From Klebsormidium nitens (taxonomy: Eukaryota; Plantae; Klebsormidiophyceae), in the NCBI GenBank assembly GCA_000708835.1, contig DF236975.1:248001-312000 (forward strand): a DNA stretch of 64,000 nt, read 5' to 3'. The position numbers and the translations under genes are program-made. Each line of letters opens with the position of its first letter. Positions within the stretch are counted from its first letter, which is position 1. The notes beneath the pieces were generated by a model. The model saw only the letters and a list, made by a program, of their open reading frames with translations, was not told the DNA's origin and ran no database searches. Below, in pieces: positions 47,131 through 59,300 of the stretch.

Positions 47131-50100
47131 ATGGCGCCACGTGTCAAAAGCAGAGCAGTCTGGACGAGGGTGGCTCTGTCGTTGGTGGTGCTTTCGTTGG
47201 GGGTAGCAGGTAAATCAAAGGCGCGAATTTGCTTCACAATCTGGGTCAAGCAGGTCCGCTTATTCTTGCTGTCATCATTCAGAGCACCGGAAGATGCCAC
47301 GGAACTTTTGATTCGTACGGGCTCTTACAAACACTATCTGTACAACTTGGAAAGGATTACACACTAGCATCTTTAAAGAAAGGGCATGCTTTAAGGGGAC
47401 GACACTGTCTACGGAATCTGATCTGAACAGTAAAATGTCGACGTTCAAGTGACCGGAAGCTGCACAATCGAAGCGGACCAATTCGGATCCTCCTCGGAAG
47501 GTCTTACGCCGAGTCGATGCGACAATGAGCAAATCATGCTAGCTGCCCTTCGACATAGATAAAAGATAAGAGCTCCAAGAAGAGGCTTTTCCTTGATGAC
47601 TTGCTATTCTTAGTATTGAAACTGAATTTAGAATATCTTGTCGATCCAGACGCACGTCTTATATTTCCACCCGACTTCCCAAGTCCCCAAGGAACAGTGC
47701 GCCTGCCGACCGCGCTCGCGAACCCAATAGCCGTGGACTTCACCAAGCTGCCTCAGTATCCAAGGGCGGGCGTTACCTTCTTCACATCAAGAGTGGCGGC
47801 GATTTTGCAAGGTGCGAGTACTTTTCAACTATGATCCTCGTGACCTCAACGGTCTGAGTGATGTTTCTACTGTACTTCCTGAGTATTTCGGGCCTTTTGA
47901 ACAAGTCTTCCTATTTCACCAGCATCAGAACGGCTTGTTTTTCTTTGTCGTCTCCCAGCCGAAATCAGCCGCCTGCGTTGTAAGCTGGTTTGCCCACCTC
48001 CCCCAAGTCGAGCAGATTTTTCCAACCCGTGATTCAGCCCCTTAATCTGGGCTCCCTTTCGCCCTACAGGCTCGGTCTCTGTCCAAGTTCCACCCCCGGG
48101 CATGAACGGTCAACCGCTCCAAAAGACCTCAGTCCAGTACACGATAACCGTTGGCTGGGACGTTCTCCAAGTCACCATCGTAGCCGCCGACCAGCCGCTC
48201 TACCTGAACCAGCAGAAGATCCCCCCAGGGCAAAAGTCGAGCCCGGTTTACCTCGTCGGCCAAGTCACGATCCTCTCGGTCCTCGCAACCACCGCCCAAG
48301 ACGTCGCTTTGCGGACGTACGTCATCTACGTTTACCGTCCGGGGGCTCCCCCCGGGCTGGAACTCCCCTCCGCTCCACCAGTAGGAACCGCGCCCGCTTC
48401 GGGGGGGTCTACCAGCCCCCCGGCGGTGATCATTCCTGGAGCCCCTTCCCCCCCAAAAACCCCCACAGGAACACGAAAACCGCGGCCCCCCCGGACGTCC
48501 GCCCCCGTGTTTCCGCCCGGGGGATCCCCCTCTCCACCCTCGCAAGGGGCACAAACGCCCCCCTCGGCGAATAGCCCCCCGGGGGCGACCTCCGGTCCAT
48601 CCAACCCGGTTCCAAACCCGGTCTCCACGCCTGGGGGATCCCCCTCCCCCGGAGCAAGTGCTCCGAACACTCCTTCTGGGGGTGTTCCGGGGGCAACGCA
48701 GAGTGGTCCGCCTGCTTCGGGGGGATCCCCGGGGGGCAGTGGGTCTAACGGCGGGAGCACACCAGCCCCAAGCAGCGGAGGGGGTTCGCCGCCAGGGGGC
48801 AGCACGGGTGGCCCCCCCGGTTCGGGGGGCAGCACTTCCGCCCCTGGTCCGAGCGTAAGCGGCCCCCCTGGATCTGCGTCGGGGGGCGGCACAAGCGGCC
48901 CCCCTGGAACTGGAGCGGGGGGCACGAACGCCCCCACAAGCACTGGTGGGGGGACCCCTGACTCTGGTAGTGGCACCGGGGGGAGTCCTGGGACAGGGGG
49001 ACAGGGCACGGGCAGCGGAAGCCCAACGCAAACCCCCGGAAGTGGAAGCGGAACCGGAAGCAGCAACGGGGGAACTAACTCTCCAGGGGGGAGCGGTTCG
49101 AGCCCAGGGGGGGGCACGACGCCCTCTCCCTCCAGCCCGAGCAGTGGGGGAAGCCAAGCCCCCCCGGGGCTCAAGGACCCCCCGGAAACGGGAATGGCAG
49201 TGGAGGTAATGGGGGTTCTGGAAGTGGGGGGACTCCAAGCACCGGGGCGCCTGGCAGCGGTGGGGGGGGCGACGGTGGGAGTGGGGGAAGTACTGCGGCC
49301 CCGGGAGGTAACGGGGGGGCAGGCGGGACTGGAAGCCCCCCGCCCGAAGAAGGATCACCGACGCCGGCGGGAAGTCCCAACAGCCCAGGACAAGGTGAGT
49401 TTCGAGCAGCGGGATGAGTAGGGGCTGACCAGGTTCTGCTCACTGTTCACGTCTCTTGCTTGATTCGTGAGCGGAGAATTGGAAGCTCAGTGTCCGTTTG
49501 CTTGCAGTTTAGAACTGAATAGCCATGTTTAGAAACGATTCCGGTTTGAAGCAGCTTTAACGTGATTCGGGAGCCCGTCTTCAATCTCGGTTGACGGCCT
49601 GGTGTGCTCATGGTTACGCATTGAACACAAGCAATCAAGAAACAATTGCCTGGGCTGGATCGCTTTTCGAACACAGCGGATCTCCCCAACTAAAACAATC
49701 AGTCGACTCCGCTCTCTTTGAGTCCCTTCGGCCCTTAGATTTGCTTGCCGGTTTTGGAGCCAATTTGAAAAGTTCGCGTGCTCGTTATTCTGGTAGCGAA
49801 GGGTGCTAGCGCTATTATGCCAAGCGCTGCTTAATAGGACGAATCCGAGAGGCAAACCTGCTTTGGGAGCTGGTCTGAACTCAAGGTGCTCTGCTTTCGG
49901 CTTCCTTCGTCTAACGAAAAACTAAGAATCCCAAGTATTTGAACCTTTGGGGTGTCACCCCAAAGCTTTCTCCATCTTGTTGCATTTGGCGACCGTGCGG
50001 AGCGGCCAAAATTGTGCAACGTATTTGGCTTTCGTACGAACCGCATGGGAATCCAGCAACGCACTTTTCAGAAACTTCCTGCCGTTACAGGTGATCGACA

Positions 50101-53100
50101 AGGGTTTCGAGAATCTACGCTTCGGAATGGGGAGTTGAATGTAGACCCCTCTCGTCGCCTAGTGCGAGTCGTCCGCAAAGTGCCAGCCAAGTTCTAGTCT
50201 TTTTTTTACAATTTAGCTACTAACATGATTTCGATCATCAGAATACTTGCAAGTTTGGTATCGCGCGCACTCAGGATACACGAAACTGCTTCTCAAGCGA
50301 GTGTAGAGCTGGCGGCCTCTCTCCCTTGAGGGTTCCAGCAAGTGGATGATATGTGTCTGTTGCGAATCCATGTTGTAGAAAGTATTACGAAGATGCAGTA
50401 TGAACTTTCGGGCAAGTTGGAATGTTCCACGACGTTTACGTGTATTCAAATGGTCCGCCTTGATCAACTGTCAGCGCCGGACGGTTCTATTCACGCATTG
50501 AACGCTTAAGGACACATACTGTAAGAGGTGTTTTACCGGTGACGTACACGTCCGCCAAGGCAAGGAGCTCAATCTTTATTATCAAGTATCCAACTCATGT
50601 TTTCTGTAGATGTGAGGTAGGTCTTGGCCAGCTTTCAAGCTGATCATCAACTTTCTGGCTGGAACATCAAAACCAAACATTCTTCTACCTACTACGAAAG
50701 GATTGAACAAGCATATGAGTACCTCTGATCCGTCGGTTTGCAGGCAACCCCGGCAGCACTCCTTCGCAGCCGCCGCATGGGGGGGCTTCGGGACCCACTC
50801 CCGAGCAAGGGGGGGTCAGCACCAACAGCCCCGGTGGGGGGGGCAGCACGCCAAGCCCCGGGGGAAGCAGTTCGCCCGGCGGAACAGGATCCCCGGGCAG
50901 CGGAAGCCCCCCCGCTGGGAATGGGGGGGGAAGTGGCACCCCCCCAGAAGGAAACGGGGAGGCGAGTGGAAGCCCTCCAGGAGGAAACGGAGGGGCGAAT
51001 GGCAGCCCCCCGGAAGAAAACGGGGGGACGAACGGCAGCCCGCCAGGAGGCAATGGGGGGGTCAATGGCAGCCCCCAAGGAGGCAATGGGGGCGTGAATG
51101 GAAGCCCCCCGGAAGGGAACCTGGGGGGATCTGGCAGCCCACCCGGCGGAAACGGAGGAGCGATTGGCAGCCCCCCGGGAGGGATCGGAGGCGCGATTGG
51201 CAGCCCCCCGGGCGGGCACTGGACCCCCCCGAGCGAAACAGGGGGGAGTGGCAGCCCACCATCGAGTGGAAACGGCGGCGGAAGCCCGCCAGACGGGTCC
51301 GGAGGAACAGGAAGCCCGGGAAGCGGAAGCGGAAGCAACAGCCCACCGGAAAGCCCCCCGACCGACGCACCCGGCGCAGGTGGGTCTCCGACGGAGTGGC
51401 CAGCGCCCCCTGCTGATGGGCCCGCCGGCGGTCCTTCCGTTGGCAGCCCTCCGGATTCCGCTGGCCAGCCGACCGCGTCTCCTGGGAGCGGAACCGGGGC
51501 ACCAGGCGAAGCCGCAGGCGCTGAAGGCCCGGCCGAAGCCCCGTCAGAAAGTCCGTCAGAAAGTCCGTCAGGTGCCCCGGGGGGGCCGATCTGCGTCGGC
51601 GCTTGCAACCCGGGCGGTGGGGCGGAGATCATCGTGACCGGTCAGGCGTTCGACAGTTACCTGCAGTCGTGCACCACGTTTGTGGACGTCAACGGAAACG
51701 GAATCCAAGATGCCGACGAGCCGAGCGGAATGACGGACCTCTTCGGGCAGTTCAACTTGTCGACCCCGGTGTACGCCCCCCTGGTTTTGCTAGCGGGGGG
51801 GGAGTGCACTGACGCCGCGACCGGGGTGCTTCTACCGGGCATTCTTTCCGCCCCTCCGGGAGCAACCGTGATAACCCCATTAACCACGTTGATAACCCAA
51901 CTAGGCACGCGACAGAACATCGAAGCGGTAGCGGCGGAGCGCATCTTGGCAGAGGGTCTCGGGCTCAACGTGAGCGCGGCGCTCACGCTGACGTCGACTG
52001 ACGTCATCGCGGCCGTGCTCGCGACCCAGGACGGCGCCGCGGCGCGCGTGGTGGTGCAGAACACGCGCGCGCAGAACGTCGCCGCGATGGCGGCCGCGCT
52101 GATGTCGGCCGGAGGCGACCGCGCGGCGGGCGCGGCCGCGACGTTCGGCTCGTTGGCGGACGCCATCTGGACGCTGCCGACTCCGGACAGCGGAACGGCT
52201 CAAGGGAGCGGCACGAGCGAAGGCGACGAAACGGATGCACAGCTTGCAACAGAAGCCAACAACGATACGACCGGGGGATCGAGCCCGGGAGCCGGCCAGG
52301 CCAGCCTGCAGCTTCGGCGGTTGCTGGGGATGCTCTCTGAGGGTTCCCCCGGGGGTTCGATTGGCAACTTGGACTCTCGGAGAAGCATGACCGGGGTTGA
52401 CGTCACTGTGGAGGACGGGTGTAAAGAGGGCGGTCTCGAAAGGCGGCCTCACTGCTCGCGTCGAGTCGAAGCGGGAACAAGCGGAATGAACGCAGAGCTT
52501 GAAGAGATGACTGCGTCGCGGCAAGGGTCGGGCCTGGAAGGAGATTCGAGCAACGGAAGACAGAATCTTAAAGGTCGGAAAGGAAGAAAGTTACGGCGCT
52601 TGTTGCAGGACGAAGCGGATGCGTCTGATAAGACAGCGGATTCGCCTGCCGATCTGACCGACCCAGTCTTTCTAGAGTCCGCTTTAGAAGGGGCGTACAA
52701 ACTGTTGTCAAATACTTCGGTCCGGGGTTTGCAACCGATGACGTCAACCAACGACAGCACTTTTGGCGCGCCGGCACTATCGGCCGACGACTTTGCGCTG
52801 GCGGCTTCGGCGATGGGGGTCGCAAACGCCGCCATGGACGCCCCCCTGGAAGCGTTTCTGCAGCTCAACCTGGCCGGTAATACCAACCGGTCCGCAGCGA
52901 TCGAGTTTCTGAACGAGATCTGGCGCCGCGCGAAGGTCGCGCAGTCGAACTTCGCGGACGTGCTCGTGCAACTAGGCGCGGGAGAGATCAACCGCACCGC
53001 GGCCGCGGCCGCGCTCTCGCCGGCCGCGTTCGAAAGCCTCGTGGCCAATACCACGCTCTTGGTATCTTCCGGGGGGGGCCAAGCGTCGCTTCAGGCGCAG

Positions 53101-54189
53101 ACTGGGGCGCCCCCCCCTCCGGGAGTGATCGAGTTGCCGGGGAGTGTGGTCGGGGGAAAGCACCGGGCGAAGTCGTGGGTGTGGATCGTGATCGGGGTGG
53201 CGGTCGGAGTGGGCGGATTGCTGCTCTGCTGCTGCTGCGGGGGGGTGGCGTACTACTGCTACAGAAGGAAGAAGAGTGAGCGATCAAACCCCCGGAACGG
53301 AAACTTTTGTCGGTTGTTACAGACTATTTCGTTCGCAAGCGAATTCGGTCGAAATAGAGCGAAACGCTCCCTTAGAGATATAACAGTTCCTCCTTAATTC
53401 TGATAGACCGTTCGGTCTTCATTCGACCCACAGAAGGTTTGAAATCTGTCAAGAAGATGGGACCCTATCCATGATCCTCAAAAGCCGATGTGTCTTGTAG
53501 GTCAAATCGTTCCTCCTTCCTCTAGATGCGGCAGTCAAATTGAACTCGCATGGATCACCCCAATCCGTTCGTGCATCAGGACATGTATTTACTAACTTTC
53601 TTCGTGTCAAGCCTCATAAACAGCGTGGAACTACGTTATTTTCTACTGTTGCTCAACACAAGAGGCCTGCGAAACTGGTGGACTTTGTCCTCGTGACTTG
53701 AACGCTCTCCTTCCACGTATTCAAAGCGTCGAACCTTACCGAAGAGCATCGAAGGATACTTGTCCTGACTCACTTTCTGCTTTCGCGCGCAAAGGGACGA
53801 ATCCCAGTCTGTTAGGACGAGTTTTTCGACCCACTCTTTCTCTCTCTTCTTCAGACCGCCGAACGGGCCACCGGGGTGCCGACCCCGAGCAAGGCCCGCC
53901 CATCAGCCCCCGTCGCTGGCCGTGGAGTCCCCGCCCGGTGGCTTCCTCCGACCACTCAACACCGCCCACAGAGGAATCCCCCGACGTGGCCTCCCCGGTA
54001 GAAAGTCCCCCGGTTTCGCCCGGGGCAATTCTCCGGAGCCATAGCATAGCCCTTCCCCCGAGCACGCACTTATTACCGGTGGCCGCCCAAGCGGAAACCG
54101 CGCGAGAGGCGCCGCCGGGGGTGGACGAAACGCCGCAGGAGACGGCGTTTTCGACCCCCCGGTCCGGGATCTCGTCCGATTCGGACTGA
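47131..54189 (+). CDS. Type-I membrane surface glycoprotein: signal peptide, cadherin-like beta-sandwich, Gly/Ser/Pro stalk, cyanobacterial-exoprotein-like domain, TM helix, Ser/Pro-rich cytosolic tail
   Basis: Exons 47131-47209, 47632-47811, 48070-49394, 50744-53275 and 53855-54189, all with phase-1 junctions; one missing base in the C7G4 run at ~49160-49169. SP: MAPRVKSRAVWTRVALSLVVLSLGVA. Beta-sandwich: VQYTITVGWDVLQVTIVA..LYLNQQKIPPGQKSSPVYL..TILSVLATTAQDVALRTYVIYVYR. Second domain: AFDSYLQSCTTFVDVNGNGIQDADEPSGMTDLFGQF..TDAATG..LSAPPGATVITPLTTLI. TM: WVWIVIGVAVGVGGLLLCCCCGGVAYYCY followed by RRKK. Confidence 0.82.
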
Positions 54190-56363
54190 GAAAAGGGACC
54201 CGGTTTATCGATAGGACTGCGGCACGCTTACAGCTTGTAAAGGTTTAGGACGGCGTAGGGAAAGCAGAAGCTTTCGCGAACTAACTTGAATGAAGCGGAT
54301 TATGGTAGAGAACAGTCTCATAAACAGTATCATGGCTGAGAGCTTGAGCTAGGGAGGCGTGCAATAAGGGCTCATTGGCCCCTTGAGAAGTCGGGATAAA
54401 ATGCACCGTGCTTAACATAAGCGCAGACGGTCAGCCGAAGCTGACTTTGAGAGCGCAGGGTGCTATACTACGAACGTTCTGTCAAAGCGAAGGCACGCAT
54501 TTGAGTTTCTGAGTAGTTGCGAAAGGTAGCTAGAAAGGCTTGGTACGATGCATAGCGGGTGATGCCTCTTTCAGATCTCGTGGTTTGCAGCTAGAGCGAG
54601 TATCGTTGCGGCACGTGTGGTTGAATCTTTGAGACACCTCCGCCTACGGATAGACGGGTACCATTCCGATTCCCGGCCTTGGTCTCTAACTTGTACGGAC
54701 ATGCTTATACCTGAGGACGTCAGTGTTATCGCCCGGGCGGTCACGAACCTTCCAGTATTGTCTCGAAGTACTGCAATCGTTCGAGCGCGTCGGAAGGCTT
54801 GTCACAATGCCGTCACACCGGAGTATTGAGCTTGGTCGTTCAGAATGAAAAGCTTTTGATACCGCGCTGTAGTCTCAGTCCTTCAACGCGGACGGTTGAC
54901 ATAAACTTTCTTCAATCCAGGGAGCCGGCATCGAAGCGAAAGATATCACAAAGGCAAAACCTATCACAACATCGCTCACTGTACCTGTTCTCTGAGCTAG
55001 TCGCTCTCGTGTGGCTCCTGAGTCGTGTTCCTGAGACAATGAAGCGCCCTACAGATTGGTAGATTTTTTCGCAAGTAAGCGTGGGTTCCAGGGTGCGGAG
55101 CGTTCCACTATAATTGTAACGGTTACAATGTAAATAGACCTGTTTGCGGAAAATGTAGCCGACACAGGCCCCACAGGCACACGAAAACCGTCTGTTCGTT
55201 GATCTCTCCCCGAAACCTCATCCTATATCTACTAGTAGCTCGAAGCCACTAGTAGAACCGCCCAAGCGTACCAGCTGACACGTGCTTCTTGAAGTGGTTG
55301 GACCAGCTTGAGTGCAGCCAGAGAATTGTTGAGCCCCTCTACGACCTGAAAACTTCATTGCCGATCGCGTTTTCATATTCGTTCCTGCTTCCACTCGTCC
55401 TCGGATGAACTTCGGGAAATAGAGCCATGAGGACGGCTTGCGCTCTTTTCACGCCGTCATATTTCAACGCAGGACTGCTTCGCGGATGCCTCGGCACAAT
55501 TGACTCGAAAAGAACTGCGAACTTCCCAGGACAAACTCGGGAAAGCTTTGACGCTTCCCGAATTATTCAACTGTGCATGACTGTACTTATGCTCTGCGGT
55601 GCGCGCCCGCCAACGAATTATTCGTTTGCAATATTGAGTGTGTGGGTCGAGGACGCACGATTATCACTCTTAAAAAATAAAATGGAGGTCATTTCACGCA
55701 CTGCACGGCGTATCAGTGAAGAGCCGAACATGGCGAGTCGACCTGACCTTGTCGCAGTGTGTGCCAAGATGGAAATACTAACGGCTTGAGAGCAAGATGG
55801 GCCCGTCAGCACAACGACGGTTTGCTACGAGGTACCTTGCAGACAACTTCATCTGCTCGAGTTCAATAGTGCGGCACTTGTCGAAGGAGGGCAATCTGCG
55901 TCCTGGCTGACGAGTTCAGATCAGCAGTACTATCAACTATCATGCTGGCGCGCCATTCCGGCCCAAGTAATCTGAAAGATGAGTGAATCACAGTTTGACG
56001 TTCCTCCCTAGCCGAACCCTTTGCCCTAATTTTCCATATCAGCTACTTTCTAAGTTCCTTTCCATCGCCTCTACCGGCTGCCATGCAAGATCCAAAACGC
56101 CCTGCAGACCTGACTTGGGGGCAAGACGTCTTTGCGCGCGAGCGCGAACGCGAGCGCCCAAGTATTGACCGGAGACTGGTTTATCTCGAAACTGGAGGTT
56201 TACGGCGCTAGAACAATCAGCCAGCCTTAGTTCCGGTTTGTTAATATTTGAAAGTATTACCTGGGTTAGAGCTAACGGGAACTCTAGGGTTGTTGCCTTG
56301 CAGAGCATGGTGGCTTCTTGCATTTCAGCACAAGCAGTAGCGGCGCCTTCCTTCCTCGTCAGA

Positions 56364-59300
56364 ATGGTGTCAGGCGTTGGAGGGGCTGACTGGTTCGAGG
56401 TCGCCAGCAGGCTTGCCCAGGCGGAGACCAATATCGGTCTCGGGAGAATTGTAGACTCCCCCAGGTCTGCAAATACTCCTCGAGCTGGGCAGGAAAGGGG
56501 TGAAGAGAAGGGGAACAACAAGCAAGTGACATTTCAACCGACATTTACAAGTGACAAGAAAGAGAGAATTGCAACCCCTGAGAATACCAAAAGTCGGGGG
56601 GCAGTGTTTGGCCCTCCGTCACCACCCCTCAAGCGGCATGCAGCTCCGCTTTTCAAAGTTGGTAAGCTAGCGGATGCACAGAGCAACCGGAAGCATAAGC
56701 AGGAGCAGTTTCCGGTGGAGTTGGAAGATGTCACCAGTGACAAGCAGAGCTTTGACTCGAAAGAAGGCCAGGACAAAGAAAGGCCAGCAGAAGCAGATGG
56801 TGCATTGGGTGGAGAAGAGGATTGGGAGTTGATAGATGGAGAAAAGGGCACTGGGGCCTTTCAAGAAGGTAGGCTTTGAAGCGAATTGCAAGCTTTGTTC
56901 GAAGTACTGAGCATGCAAAGCAGAGCAATGCACTGCAATTATGCGGTGCCCCAGTCCAAAGCTGCACCCGTGGCGTCCTCACATCGAAGTCTGGCATACC
57001 TTTTAGTTCAGAGCATTCATTGCATTCCCCTTCCTTTCATTGTTATCAACATTTCATGCATGCTGAGATCCATTCTTTGTCGTTCTTCTAGTAAGCCGCT
57101 GATCAGGTGTCCTCTGTAATCTCTTATGACCTACTAATCATGGACGTCAGGTGTTCTCTGTACAATATTCTCATCTGCCAGACACTTCTAAACACAGCTG
57201 CCTAGAAAGTCAACCGGCTGTTGAACTTGTCTCCACAATCGTTTTTCTGCAGACGAGGAACGTCCTGCTGAGAAGCAAATTACCCCCAAGAGCGTTCGGA
57301 CTGCCAAAGGGCTTCTTGAACTTCCTGATCTAGTCGGCACCTCCCCTCCCGACCAAGAGGCTAGCCTTCTGCGAGACTGGAGCCTGCCTTCCCCCAGCAG
57401 ACGAACCGTTCAGCCGCCGCTAGATGCTGGAAAGTCGCCTAGAACTGCATCGGCATCCACAAAAACCCAGGCACCAGTAGATCGGCAAACAAACACCAGG
57501 GAAGACCACCCCCAAAAAGAAGAAGATGGCCACTCCATCTGGCAGTTTAACGAATTCGGCAGACATGACCACGCGCAGGAGTTGGAGCGGCGGGGGTCTC
57601 TGCAGATGGAGGAGCTGGTTGGTCCTTTGAGGGGGGGCACACCAGAAGGCGGCCCCACCCCCTCTCCTCGAGAAAGTCAGCTGGTCCCAGTATCCCCTTT
57701 CGGTGCCCTGGCAAATGTCCCTGGGTGGAACCTGGCGCAGGCAGGCCTTTTAAGCACGTCCCTAGGGCAGAGGGTAGCTAGTTTTGTGGGGGAAGTAGTA
57801 GCCGCATCGGCAGAACACGAGCAGCGCTTTGTTGGGCGGCTGCGGAGCAACTCGTTCAAGAAGAACGGGGTCCCCTCTGAGCTGAAAGCGATGGATACCG
57901 CCAGTGGGAGCGGACCCGATTCTAGAGCAGACTCCGGGGCGGAGCTGGCTTCATCCGGGGGGGAGGGGAGGGCCCTTCCTGAGGCGGCACTTGCTAGTGT
58001 TGAGACGGGAGCGGCAGAGGCAGTGCTGGAACGAGGGCCGGCCGCTGAGATGTCAAATGCAGATTGGATGAGCAGGATTCAGAGCGCGACCACGCAGCAG
58101 CTGGGGGAGTGGCTGGCGCGAGTCAAGATGACTTACAGGGGCTCAAAGGAGGTGAGGGGTAGTTTGAGGTTGTCCGAAACATTTTGATCATGTGTACACT
58201 TCTTGGAAAATGGTTGTCCAAGGAGACTCTAGGAACCTGTCATGGCCGTGGCTACTCTGTTGCTCTTGTCTTGTTGTAGATCTGGCGGCGGGGTTACTTC
58301 TTAGTCAGACGTTTCTGCTGTGACACTCGCCCTGCTGCGACCGGAATAGTGCACCGCGTGTCTGATGTTACAAACCGAGAAAGAGCTGTTGATTGCTGCC
58401 AATCTCGAGGTCGTCTTGAAGTCCAATCAACCAAAAGCCTGTCACATGTGGTTACTTGGTGCAAAATCTTGTCTACTCGGAGGCAGTTCCTCAACTTGAC
58501 AGCCTGTTCAATACATCGCGTCGCTGGGCCTTCTCTTTAAAGAAACCCTCAGCGGAGCTGCGCACTCTCGTTACACATTATGCATCACCGAAACCCGCTC
58601 ACATTAATGTTTGGTTTTTGGGCCTGGAACTAGGTGGTAATTGTCGATCACCTTGGTAGAGTATTCCTCTCACGTGATTTCAGCCAGCTTCGATCAACGG
58701 TTTTTTACTCTCTCAGGACATTGGCTGGCTAAAACGGGAACCCGGCATGCCTCCCATCACGGACGGCAGCGAGCGCTTCCTCCAGCTGCTGGGGCAAATC
58801 GTGCATGGGATCCATTCCCTGTCGGACGAGTATGTATATCTATTGACACCAGGTAAAGAAGATTGCTCGAGGCAATGGGACTCAGCTCATGACACAATCC
58901 ACATTCAGACGATATTGATGAAGGCAGGCGACCATTGTCTCGTTGATCGGCTCGTTAGTTCATGTCTTTTGTACTTTCTCCTCTGAGACTGGATAAGTAC
59001 TCACTGATCTTTTTGTGAGTTGACAAGACGGGAGTTGGATTGTCATCAGTCATGGTCGGACGCTGATCTCCAATCGACTCAAGAGGAAACATAAGACCTC
59101 TTCGAGGCCCGTTCTTGGATCCGACTCCTCTTCAGTAGAGCACCAGCTGCTTATGTACCCCCATCTCTTCTAAACCCGCAGGTCTGTTCAGCAACTTTGG
59201 CCCGCTGTACCTGTATGATACCAAGAAGTACCTTGCAAAACTAGGACTGAGCACGCACATAGCTAAGATTCACAGCGAGGTGAGCTTTGGTCCTTAGGCT

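Noticed and set aside
22141-49169. Programmed ribosomal frameshifting or phase variation at G/C runs
   Set aside because: No slippery heptamer with a downstream structure, and the same pattern affects unrelated genes; assembly error is more parsimonious.
48129-51632. Long minus-strand and alternate-frame Pro/Arg-rich ORFs (409, 280, 315, 237 aa)
   Set aside because: Shadows of the GC-rich Gly/Ser/Pro stalk exons; stop codons are rare in such sequence.
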